Shown here: in pieces, positions 41,159 to 49,703 of the stretch
How the letters are laid out: the number at the start of each line of letters is the position of its first letter
Numbering within the stretch: position 1 is the stretch's first letter
From: Candidatus Omnitrophota bacterium
GTDB taxonomy: Bacteria > Omnitrophota > Gorgyraeia > JAFGHF01
Reading direction: 5' to 3'
Length of the DNA: 64,000 bases
NCBI GenBank assembly: GCA_043805735.1
Contig: JAZDHS010000004.1
Span: forward strand, 583 to 64,582
The notes under the pieces: generated by a model
The model's input: only the letters and a program-made list of their open reading frames with translations
What the model was told of the DNA's origin: nothing
The model's database searches: none
Program-made: the position numbers and the translations under genes

Positions 41159-42032
41159 TGCGCTTACTATGACTAATCGCGGGATACGCTATAAAATGGC
41201 CATGGCCTTCACGCTGATGTCGGTTATTCCAATGCTGGTATTTGGGTATTTATTCCTGCACTACCTTTTTCCTCGGCTATCGTCTTTTTTGCACATTTCC
41301 TTAGTATTTATTTTTACGATACTTCTAATGATCGCCGGATACTATTTTGCCAAAAAGATTGTCTATCCGGTAATTAAACTCAGCGCTCATGCCCGCGGTA
41401 TTGCCGATGGCAACTTCGATAAAAGATTAGATATGCCGCGTGATGACGAGATCGGCGAATTGGGCAGCACCTTGAATCACCTTTCCTTAAAACTAAAAGA
41501 GAATATTCGGGAAAATACTTTACTGCAGCATAAGACCAGAGAGCTTACCGTGCGCGATGAACTTACCGGTCTCTATAACGAACGCTATATCCGTGAGCGC
41601 TTAGACGAAGAGATTAAGCGGGCGGTGTCCTATCAACGTCCCTGCTGTTTTATGATGATGGAAATAAACCACTTCGTCAGTTTACGCGCAACCAGGGACG
41701 AGAAAGAAGCTGATCAGCTGCTGAAGAAGATCGCGCAAATCTTGCTGGCCGCGACTACGCCAATTGATAAAGTAGCGCGCTTAAACGAGACGCGGTTTAG
41801 CGTTATTTTTCCGGAAAAAAATAAAAAACAATGTCTGGAGGTTACCCAAAATTGCCGAAAAGATATTGCACGCTTGGTCCAAAGCACTTCCGGGTGGGCC
41901 GGATTAAGCATTAGCGCAGGCATTAGTTCGACACCTCTTGACGGAACTACTGTGGCCGAGCTCATCGACCAGGCGCTCTCTTTTATGGAAAGGGCCGGCA
42001 ATGATGGCGAAAATAGCATTATTATTTCCTAA
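41127..42032 (+). CDS. Membrane-anchored HAMP-domain protein with a degenerate GGDEF domain
   Basis: N-terminal TM segments, HAMP (VIKLSAHARGIADGNFDKRLD), then a GGDEF fold (DELTGLYNERYI...SISAGIS...ERAGNDGEN). The catalytic GG(D/E)EF is replaced by NETRF and the DxD metal site is absent. Start may be ATG 41142 or 41169. Confidence 0.75.
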   Translation: MRLRNMNKLFNALTMTNRGIRYKMAMAFTLMSVIPMLVFGYLFLHYLFPRLSSFLHISLVFIFTILLMIAGYYFAKKIVYPVIKLSAHARGIADGNFDKRLDMPRDDEIGELGSTLNHLSLKLKENIRENTLLQHKTRELTVRDELTGLYNERYIRERLDEEIKRAVSYQRPCCFMMMEINHFVSLRATRDEKEADQLLKKIAQILLAATTPIDKVARLNETRFSVIFPEKNKKQCLEVTQNCRKDIARLVQSTSGWAGLSISAGISSTPLDGTTVAELIDQALSFMERAGNDGENSIIIS

Positions 42033-42099
42033 CCGTTAGACCCCAGCTTAAAGGAGTGCTGGGTCTATCCTTTAGGATTAGGAAAAAAGGAGTATCCAT

Positions 42100-43158
42100 A
42101 TGTATGAGATGCAGAAATTACTCAGGATGGTGGTGGAGAAAACGGCGTCCGATTTACATATTACGGCTGGGGCTCCGCCGCAGTTGCGTATCGATGAAGT
42201 GCTGGTTAATGCCGGCGAACAGATCTTGATGCCCGACGATACCAAGAAACTGACCTATAGCCTTTTGGCCCAGGAAGAAATTAAGGAATTCGAGGAGAAT
42301 CTGGAATTGGATTCGTCGTTCGGAATCGAGGGCCTGAGTCGTTTTCGTCTCAATGTCTACCAGCAAAGAGAAGCGGTGGGCTGTGCGATCAGAAGAATTC
42401 CCTTTGAGATTATGACGTTGGAGCAATGCGGCTTACCGGTAAAAATAGTGACGCAGATGTGCCAAAGGACAAAAGGCCTGGTACTGGTAACCGGGGCGAC
42501 GGGAAGCGGAAAATCCACTTCGTTGGCGGGGATGATTAATAAAATTAATCAGGAAAGGCGCTGTCATATTATTACCGTAGAAGATCCGATCGAATATACC
42601 TTTAAGAATTTAAAGTCCTTAATCGAACAGCGCGAAGTCGGCAAAGATACCCATTCCTTTGGCGATTCGTTAAAACATATACTTAGACAGGATCCCGATG
42701 TCATTTTAGTAGGGGAAATGCGCGACTTAGAGACTATCCAGTCGGCGCTGAATATCGCCGAGACCGGCCACCTGGTCTTTGCGACCTTGCATACCTCCGA
42801 TGCGGTTCAGACGGTGAATAGAATCATTGATGTCTTCCCCGCCCATCAGCAGCAACAGGTGCGCACACAGCTATCGTTTGTGCTGTTGGGAATTATGGCC
42901 CAGCAGTTAATACCCCGTCCCGGCGGGGGAAGAATATTGGCAACTGAAATACTAGTGGCCAATCACGCTATTCGCAGCCTGATCCGCGAGGCCAAAACGC
43001 ACCAGGTCTATTCAGTTATTCAAACCGGTCTCAAAGAAGGAATGAGTACGATGAACCAGGCGTTATATGAACTGGTGTTACGTAATATTATTTCACAGGA
43101 CGAGGCGATGCTGCGCACTACCGAACCCAAAGACCTAGAGCGATTGTTTAAAAGCTAA
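42100..43158 (+). CDS. pilT: Type IV pilus retraction ATPase PilT
   Basis: 352 aa secretion ATPase without an N-terminal MshEN domain. Walker A GATGSGKST, Asp/His boxes, and a PilT-type C-terminus (AIRSLIREAK). Confidence 0.9.
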   Translation: MYEMQKLLRMVVEKTASDLHITAGAPPQLRIDEVLVNAGEQILMPDDTKKLTYSLLAQEEIKEFEENLELDSSFGIEGLSRFRLNVYQQREAVGCAIRRIPFEIMTLEQCGLPVKIVTQMCQRTKGLVLVTGATGSGKSTSLAGMINKINQERRCHIITVEDPIEYTFKNLKSLIEQREVGKDTHSFGDSLKHILRQDPDVILVGEMRDLETIQSALNIAETGHLVFATLHTSDAVQTVNRIIDVFPAHQQQQVRTQLSFVLLGIMAQQLIPRPGGGRILATEILVANHAIRSLIREAKTHQVYSVIQTGLKEGMSTMNQALYELVLRNIISQDEAMLRTTEPKDLERLFKS

Positions 43159-43173
43159 AGGAATAAAAAGCGT

Positions 43174-43635
43174 ATGGAAGCACGTAAAGACCCACATGCA
43201 TTTCGCGAGCAGCTCGGCGAGCTGCTCTTACAAAGAGGCGTGATTAATTCCGAGCAGCTCAAGCATGCCCTGGAGCTGCAGAGTGAGGGTAATATGCTCT
43301 TAGGGGAGATATTGTCTGAGCTTGGCTATGCCTCCGAGGAAGATATTGTCCAGGCGCTAGCGTTACAACATGATTTCCCGTATTTGCCATTGGCCAATTA
43401 TGAGGTTGAGGCGGAAATTATCAAGTTAATTCCGGAGGAATTAGCGCGTCGCTACCATATTCTACCCGTAGATAAAATGGGCGATATCTTAACCGTGGTT
43501 ACCGATAATCCGCTGGAGCGCTCATTTTTCAAAGAGATCGAAGCGCTGACAAAATGTAAAATTGAAATATTTGTCTCAACGTCTAGAGAAATCAAAGAGG
43601 CGATTGAGCGCTATTATAGCGAAAAGAAAAAGTAA
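43174..43635 (+). CDS. Standalone MshEN / T2SSE_N-domain protein (candidate c-di-GMP receptor)
   Basis: 153 aa made only of the GspE/PilB N-terminal fold. It carries a tandem 24-aa motif, QLGELLLQRGVINSEQLKHALELQ, a 5-aa spacer, then LLGEILSELGYASEEDIVQALALQ. This closely matches the published MshEN c-di-GMP-binding consensus RLGxx(L/V/I)(L/V/I)xxG(L/V/I)(L/V/I)xxxxLxxxLxxQ. Confidence 0.75.
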   Translation: MEARKDPHAFREQLGELLLQRGVINSEQLKHALELQSEGNMLLGEILSELGYASEEDIVQALALQHDFPYLPLANYEVEAEIIKLIPEELARRYHILPVDKMGDILTVVTDNPLERSFFKEIEALTKCKIEIFVSTSREIKEAIERYYSEKKK

Positions 43636-43652
43636 AAAAGGTTAAACGTACG

Positions 43653-45365
43653 ATGCCTAGATCATTAAAAGAACAATTAGTGGCTATCCTTACCGAGAAC
43701 AAACTGCTTTCCCAAACGCAGCTGGAGCAGGCGCTGAAGCTGCAAAAGGAAAAAGGGGGACGCCTGAGCAACATTCTAATATCTTTAAAATTTATTCAGG
43801 AAAAAGATTTAATGCTGGCCTTAAGCAAAAGCTTGAATATTCCTCCGATTAATTTGCAAAAGATTGAGATTAAGCCCGAGGTGATTAAAGTTATTTCTGA
43901 AAAAGTAGCCCGGCATTATCAGCTCATCCCGATTGCGAAGATGTCCAATAGCCTAACCGTAGCGGTGAGCGACCCCTTGAATATTTTCGCGCTTGACGAT
44001 ATCCGGGCGCTGACAAACTTCAAAATTAAATCGGTGCTCAGCACCGAAGAAGACATTAAACATGCGATTAATAAATATTATTCCAAGGATGCGCTAGATA
44101 TTGTCAAGGATGTAATCAAAGATAAAGAGGCAAAGATAGAGACCATTACCCAACAAGAAGCAACGGTGGATACCAAGGCGCTTCTGGAGATGATTAATGA
44201 GGCGCCGATCGTCAAGATTACCAACATGATTTTGCAGGAAGGGATTAAGAGGAAATCCAGCGATATCTTAGTTGAGCCCTTGGAAAAGACGATGCAGATA
44301 CGCTATCGTGTCGATGGTATTTTGGAGCTTGGCGAGGCTCCGCCACGGAGCATGCATGATGCCATTGTGACCAGGATTAAAGTTATGTCGCGTCTGGATG
44401 TGGCCGAACACCGCCTGCCGCAAGATGGAAGATTCAAAGTCCAGCTGCCCGGAAAAGAAGTCGATTTTCGCGTCTCCGTGCTTCCTTCGAGTTTTGGCGA
44501 AAAACTGGCCCTGCGTATTTTGGATAAGAGCACGCTGATGTTAGACGTCGATAAGTTGGGGCTGGAAGAACAACCGCTCTCAGTGCTGAAAAAATGCGCC
44601 CAGCGTCCACATGGGATGATTTTAGTTTGCGGCCCGACCGGCTGTGGCAAAACCACGACCCTTTATTCTGTGCTTAAATACATTGATTCTATTGAGGATA
44701 ACTTAGTAACCGTAGAAGATCCGATCGAATATCTTTTGGATGGAATCAACCAGGTAACGGCCGCTCCGGAAATCGGGCTGACCTTTGCCGCGGCGCTGCG
44801 TTCTATTTTACGCCAGGACCCGGATATTATCATGGTCGGAGAAATCCGAGATTTTGAAACTGTCGATATCGCGATTAAGGCCGCGCTGACCGGCCATTTG
44901 GTCTTAAGCACCTTGCATACTACCGATGCGCCGGGATCGCTGGTGCGCCTGGCGAATATGGGTGTGGAACCGTTTTTGATTACCGCGTCCTGTCTGATGG
45001 TGGGCGCGCAGCGGTTAGTCCGCGTGCTTTGTCCGGAATGCAAGGAAACATATCTGGCAGTGCCGGAGCTAAAGAAAAAGTTGGGAATAAAAAACGACAA
45101 AGAAATTACTTTCACCCGGCCCAAAGGCTGTGCTAAATGCGGCAACAGCGGTTACAAGGGCCGCATTGCCATCATGGAGTCATTGGAGATTACCGCTCAG
45201 ATTAAGGAGTTGATTTTACAGAAAGCTCCCGAGGCACATATCAAGAATGCTGCCCGCAAGGAAGGTATGCGCACGCTGCGGGAGAATGGTTTGGCGATAG
45301 CAATGAAAGGAATTACATCAGTCGAAGAAGTGCTCAGGGTTACCGCTACGGACGAAGAGATATAA
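43653..45365 (+). CDS. pilB: Type IV pilus assembly ATPase PilB/GspE family (paralogue 1)
   Basis: 570 aa with an N-terminal T2SSE_N-like domain, Walker A GPTGCGKTTT, tetracysteine CPEC...CAKC, and Asp/His boxes. Confidence 0.9.
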   Translation: MPRSLKEQLVAILTENKLLSQTQLEQALKLQKEKGGRLSNILISLKFIQEKDLMLALSKSLNIPPINLQKIEIKPEVIKVISEKVARHYQLIPIAKMSNSLTVAVSDPLNIFALDDIRALTNFKIKSVLSTEEDIKHAINKYYSKDALDIVKDVIKDKEAKIETITQQEATVDTKALLEMINEAPIVKITNMILQEGIKRKSSDILVEPLEKTMQIRYRVDGILELGEAPPRSMHDAIVTRIKVMSRLDVAEHRLPQDGRFKVQLPGKEVDFRVSVLPSSFGEKLALRILDKSTLMLDVDKLGLEEQPLSVLKKCAQRPHGMILVCGPTGCGKTTTLYSVLKYIDSIEDNLVTVEDPIEYLLDGINQVTAAPEIGLTFAAALRSILRQDPDIIMVGEIRDFETVDIAIKAALTGHLVLSTLHTTDAPGSLVRLANMGVEPFLITASCLMVGAQRLVRVLCPECKETYLAVPELKKKLGIKNDKEITFTRPKGCAKCGNSGYKGRIAIMESLEITAQIKELILQKAPEAHIKNAARKEGMRTLRENGLAIAMKGITSVEEVLRVTATDEEI

Positions 45366-45379
45366 TAATCGGGTTTTGC

Positions 45380-47110
45380 GTGGAGGTTGAAACTAAAGTG
45401 CCCAGGCTTTTGACGTTAAAAAAGAAGCTCAATGAGATCCTGCTGGAAAATAAATTAATCAGCGCCAAGGACCTTGAAAAAGCCCTAAGTATCCAGAAGG
45501 AAAAAGGGGGGCAGTTGAGCAAGATTCTTGTTGAGCAGAAAATGATTTCCCAACAGGATTTGATGGTTTGCCTGGGTACACAGCTGGGAGTGCCGCCAAT
45601 CAATCTGGCCAGGTATAAAATCGATCCCGAAGTAGTTAAATTCATCCCCGAACGTATTGCCCGCCATTATATGGTCATACCAATATCCAAAATTAAGAAT
45701 GTGATTAGCGTGGCCATGGCCGATCCGTTGAATATTTACGCCTTAGACGATATCAAGGTCTTAACTAAATTAGAGGTCCAGACGGTCATTACTACGCCCG
45801 ACGATATTATGCAGGCAATTGACAAATATTATAAGGGTAAAATACAAGATATGGCCGATATTATCCAAAAGGCGCAGGAAACGGTGGAACTGCAGACTGT
45901 GGAAGAAGGGCCAATGCCGGGCGATATTGAAGAGCTGACTAAGGCCAGTGGAGAGGCGCCGTTGATTCAATTAGTCAATGTCGTGATTCACGAGGCCATC
46001 AAAAGTCGGGCCAGCGATATTCATATTGAACCGTTTCAGGAGCGCGTGCGTATCCGCTACCGTATTGACGGAATCTTGCATGATTCCTTTAACTTCCCCA
46101 CGAAAATCAAAAATGCCTTACTTACACGGATAAAAATTATGTCTAATTTAGACATCACCCAAAGACGTATTCCCCAGGACGGCCGGTTTAAAGTGAAGGT
46201 CGAAAATAAAGAAGTCGATTTCCGCGTCTCGGTGCTGCCTACCGCTTTCGGCGGAAAAATTGTGCTTCGGGCTCTAGATAAAGCCAACCTATCTATCGGT
46301 CTGGACCAATTAGGATTTTCAGCGCACACTTTAGTTAAATTTAAGGAAGCAATTGCTAAACCCTACGGCATGATGCTACTCACTGGGCCTACCGGTTGCG
46401 GTAAGTCCACTACCCTTTATTCCATTCTCAACCAGCTTAATTCCAACGATCGCAATATCGTTACTATTGAAGACCCAATAGAATATCAGGTGGAGCGGAT
46501 TACCCAAATTGCGGTCAAGCCCGAGATCGGCTTAACCTTTGCCAGCGGATTGCGCTCAATATTGCGCCAGAGTCCGGATGTAATCATGGTCGGTGAGATC
46601 CGCGACGGTGAAACCGCCGATATCGCCATTAAGGCGTCGCTGACCGGAGAACTAGTGTTGAGCACGCTGCATACCAACGATGCGGCTTCGGCAATTACCC
46701 GGCTGATCGATATGGGCGTGGAACCGTTTTTAATTGCCTCGTCCGTAATTATGGTGGCCGCGCAGCGGCTTTGCCGGCGGGTTTGCCCGCATTGTAAAGA
46801 GCCTTACGAGGTCGCCAAGTCCGTTCTGGATAGCCTGGAAATTTCCGCCCAAAAAAATACACTGTTTTATCATGGTAAAGGCTGCCCCCATTGCAATCAT
46901 ACCGGCTACTATGGACGGATGGGGACATTGGAGATTTTAACTGTTGACGACGCGATCAGAGAAATGATTATTAAGGGGGCCTCAAGCACACATATTAAAG
47001 ACTATGCCCGTAAGCACGGCATGAGGACGCTGCGTGAAAACGGTCTGGAAAAATTTATACAAGGCGAAACAACGCTGGAAGAAGTCTTGCGGATGACCGC
47101 TGAGGAATAA
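45380..47110 (+). CDS. pilB: Type IV pilus assembly ATPase PilB/GspE family (paralogue 2)
   Basis: 576 aa with the same architecture (GPTGCGKSTT; CPHC...CPHC). Its N-domain resembles that of paralogue 1. The start is GTG 45380 or GTG 45398 after GGAGG. Confidence 0.9.
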   Translation: MEVETKVPRLLTLKKKLNEILLENKLISAKDLEKALSIQKEKGGQLSKILVEQKMISQQDLMVCLGTQLGVPPINLARYKIDPEVVKFIPERIARHYMVIPISKIKNVISVAMADPLNIYALDDIKVLTKLEVQTVITTPDDIMQAIDKYYKGKIQDMADIIQKAQETVELQTVEEGPMPGDIEELTKASGEAPLIQLVNVVIHEAIKSRASDIHIEPFQERVRIRYRIDGILHDSFNFPTKIKNALLTRIKIMSNLDITQRRIPQDGRFKVKVENKEVDFRVSVLPTAFGGKIVLRALDKANLSIGLDQLGFSAHTLVKFKEAIAKPYGMMLLTGPTGCGKSTTLYSILNQLNSNDRNIVTIEDPIEYQVERITQIAVKPEIGLTFASGLRSILRQSPDVIMVGEIRDGETADIAIKASLTGELVLSTLHTNDAASAITRLIDMGVEPFLIASSVIMVAAQRLCRRVCPHCKEPYEVAKSVLDSLEISAQKNTLFYHGKGCPHCNHTGYYGRMGTLEILTVDDAIREMIIKGASSTHIKDYARKHGMRTLRENGLEKFIQGETTLEEVLRMTAEE

Positions 47111-47127
47111 TAAAAGGAGAGGCCGTT

Positions 47128-48330
47128 ATGCCTTACTTTAAATATATCGCCAAGGATCAGGAAGGTAAAACCATTAACGCCACCCTGGAGTCCAAAGACA
47201 AAAACGGGGTCGTGGAATTGTTGCGCAAGAGAGACATGGTTATCCTCTCTATAGATGAAACGAAAGATAAACCCTTTAAGGTAAAAACCAGTGGCAGCGT
47301 CCAGATCGATGACTTGGTAATCTTTTCCCGCCAATTGGCCACGATGGTCGACAGCGGAATTCCCTTGGTTCAGGCCCTGGATGTATTGCAGGAACAAATC
47401 CAGAAGTCTTACTTTAAGGGCGTTATCGGCAGTTTACGCGATGGTATCGAGACGGGCAGCAGCCTTTCCGATGCGATGGCCCAGCACCAGCGGGTTTTTT
47501 CCGACCTGTTCGTGAATATGGTGCGTGCCGGTGAATCCAGCGGTATGCTTGATGATATTATGGAGCGCGTTGCCGATTATATCGAGAAAACCGCGGCCCT
47601 GCAGCGTAAAGTAAAATCCAGTTTAATTTATCCGGCGGTAGTCGTGTCTATGGCGATTGGAATTACGGTGATTCTACTGATCAAGGTAGTACCGACATTT
47701 AAAGGGATTTTTGATAGCCTGGGGGGAGAGTTGCCGATGTTAACCCAGATTCTAATTAATGTTAGTGATTTTTTACAGCATTACTTCATGTTTATTGTCG
47801 TCAGCCTGTTTGTATTGGGAGTGACAGTGGAGCGGCTTTCCCGCACCGCTAAAGGCCGGCTTTTTATTGACCGGCTGTTATTACGTTTGCCGGTTTTTGG
47901 TTTACTCTTGCGCAAAGTGGCGATTGCCCGCTTTTCGCGGACTTTGTCTACTTTAGTCAAAAGTGGTGTGCCCATTTTGAATTCCTTAGAGATTGTTTCC
48001 GCCACCGCTGGCAATAAAGTAATCCAAATGGCCGTGGAGCAGGTGCGCAATAGTATCCGCGAGGGTGAAAACATTTCCGAACCCCTATCGCGTAGTGGTA
48101 TTTTTCCTCCGATGGTCACCAGGATGATCGGAGTTGGGGAGCAAACTGGTGAATTGGAAAAAATGCTTTCTAAAATTGCCGATTTCTACGAAGAACAGGT
48201 CGATGTGGCAGTCAGCAGCATGACCTCACTTATCGAACCCCTTATCATTGTTGTACTTGGGGTGGTTGTCGGTGGCATTGTCGCCGCGATGTTCTTACCC
48301 ATCTTTAAGATTACCGAGCTGATCAAATAG
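47128..48330 (+). CDS. pilC: Type IV pilus inner-membrane platform protein PilC (GspF family)
   Basis: 400 aa with two GspF repeats and three TM segments, directly after the pilB genes. Confidence 0.9.
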   Translation: MPYFKYIAKDQEGKTINATLESKDKNGVVELLRKRDMVILSIDETKDKPFKVKTSGSVQIDDLVIFSRQLATMVDSGIPLVQALDVLQEQIQKSYFKGVIGSLRDGIETGSSLSDAMAQHQRVFSDLFVNMVRAGESSGMLDDIMERVADYIEKTAALQRKVKSSLIYPAVVVSMAIGITVILLIKVVPTFKGIFDSLGGELPMLTQILINVSDFLQHYFMFIVVSLFVLGVTVERLSRTAKGRLFIDRLLLRLPVFGLLLRKVAIARFSRTLSTLVKSGVPILNSLEIVSATAGNKVIQMAVEQVRNSIREGENISEPLSRSGIFPPMVTRMIGVGEQTGELEKMLSKIADFYEEQVDVAVSSMTSLIEPLIIVVLGVVVGGIVAAMFLPIFKITELIK

Positions 48331-48518
48331 CCAAAAACCCCTTGACAAGAGCGGGGTTGAGTGATAAGCTTTATAGTAGGCGCTTGATGAGCGCTAAAGC
48401 TGAGTTTGGCTTTTTAGGGTTTACGGCGGTGAATCATCTTGATCTATTTTTCGCGCCAATGCCCGTTAAAGCTGAAACAGTTTAACCCATATGAGGAAGA
48501 AGGGAGGTTAGAACAAAC

Positions 48519-49040
48519 ATGTTAAGGTACAATCGCAAAGGCTTTACATTAGTTGAAATCATGATTGTAGTTGCTATCATAGCTCTCTTAGCCGCGATTG
48601 CCATACCGAACTTGCTGCGCGCGCGTTTGAATGCGAATGAAAATGCGACCGTAAATAGTTTAAAGACTCTTTGCGCCGCAATGAATTCATTTGCCGGCAC
48701 TAACATCCAATCTGGTGTACCGACCTATCCGGCCGGGCTGGATAACCTGACTCCCAACGTGATTCTCTCTCCTGAGCCACCCTATCTAGATGTGGCCTGG
48801 AGTGACGCCGCTGGCCCTGTGCAGCGGTCCGGTTACTCCTACACCTATGCCGGGTCAGATGTAGATGGAAATGGGACCACCGAGAGGTTCTGGATTGACG
48901 CTATTCCGCTGTCATATCAAACCTCAGGTGTACGCAGTTTCTACATTGATGAAGGCGGTGTGGTGTATGGCGGTGATAACGCTGGTGCTGCTACCGGTGT
49001 TTATGGCACCCCCGGAGCGCCATATGTAGCTACGGAATAA
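48519..49040 (+). CDS. pilA: Type IVa pilin (prepilin with N-terminal methylation motif)
   Basis: Leader MLRYNRKG followed by FTLVEIMIVVAIIALLAAIAIP, with Glu5. 173 aa, one Cys, no C-terminal disulfide loop. Confidence 0.85.
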   Translation: MLRYNRKGFTLVEIMIVVAIIALLAAIAIPNLLRARLNANENATVNSLKTLCAAMNSFAGTNIQSGVPTYPAGLDNLTPNVILSPEPPYLDVAWSDAAGPVQRSGYSYTYAGSDVDGNGTTERFWIDAIPLSYQTSGVRSFYIDEGGVVYGGDNAGAATGVYGTPGAPYVATE

Positions 49041-49063
49041 TTAAGAGCAAGACAATCAGATGT

Positions 49064-49100
49064 AAAAAGGCGGTGGATGTTTCCACCGCCTTTTTATTTT
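49064..49100 (+). terminator. Rho-independent terminator after pilA1
   Basis: GGCGGTGGA-TGTT-TCCACCGCC hairpin followed by TTTTTATTTT. Confidence 0.8.
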
Positions 49101-49112
49101 TACAATTAATGC

Positions 49113-49142
49113 TTGATTTTTTACGGGATTCAGGTATTATAA
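49113..49142 (+). promoter_or_regulatory. Sigma70-like promoter (TTGATT-17/18-TATTAT/TATAAT) for the second pilin
   Basis: Read directly from the sequence between the terminator and pilA2. Confidence 0.45.
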
Positions 49143-49160
49143 TACTAACAATAACATAAT

Positions 49161-49694
49161 ATGGCCTATTATATTAAGATTAATAAAGAAAAAGGGTTTA
49201 GTTTAATAGAAATATTGATTGTTTCGGCAATTTTGGTCATTATGTCCACGATTGCTATACCGGCTTTACTGCGCCAAAGGCTTAATGCTAACGAGAGGGC
49301 AACGATAAAAAGTTTAAAAACACTCTACCTTTCTTTGAATTCTTTTGCGGCCAGAAATATCCAGGGTGGTATTGCGATCTTTCCCGCCAACCTTGATGCG
49401 CTGACTGCCAACCAGATTGCCTCTCCTGAGCCACCATATCTGGATGTAGCCTGGAGTGATGCCGCTGGCCAAATATTCAGATCCGGTTATCAATATAGCT
49501 ATCGTCCCTTTGATTCCGCTGACCCCGATGGTACCGCCGATCGGTTCTGGATCGACGCCATTCCTGCTGGCTATCAAAGCTCAGGTGTGCGTAGTTTCTA
49601 TGTTGACGAGGGCGGGGTAGTCTATGGTTTTGATAATGCCGGTATAGCCACGGGCGCTTATGGTATTCCGGCAGGTTGGGTTGCTGCGGAGTAA
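49161..49694 (+). CDS. pilA: Type IVa pilin paralogue (longer 12-aa leader)
   Basis: Leader MAYYIKINKEKG followed by FSLIEILIVSAILVIMSTIAIP. The C-terminal half is highly similar to pilA1 (SPEPPYLDVAWSDAAG, SGVRSFYxDEGGVVYG). Confidence 0.85.
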   Translation: MAYYIKINKEKGFSLIEILIVSAILVIMSTIAIPALLRQRLNANERATIKSLKTLYLSLNSFAARNIQGGIAIFPANLDALTANQIASPEPPYLDVAWSDAAGQIFRSGYQYSYRPFDSADPDGTADRFWIDAIPAGYQSSGVRSFYVDEGGVVYGFDNAGIATGAYGIPAGWVAAE

Positions 49695-49703
49695 ATAAAC
49701 CTG

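Noticed and set aside
48331-48518. Sigma54 (TGGCAC-N5-TTGC) promoter upstream of the pilin genes
   Set aside because: Pilin genes are often RpoN-dependent, but no convincing -24/-12 element was found. Only weak sigma70-like hexamers and small palindromes are present.
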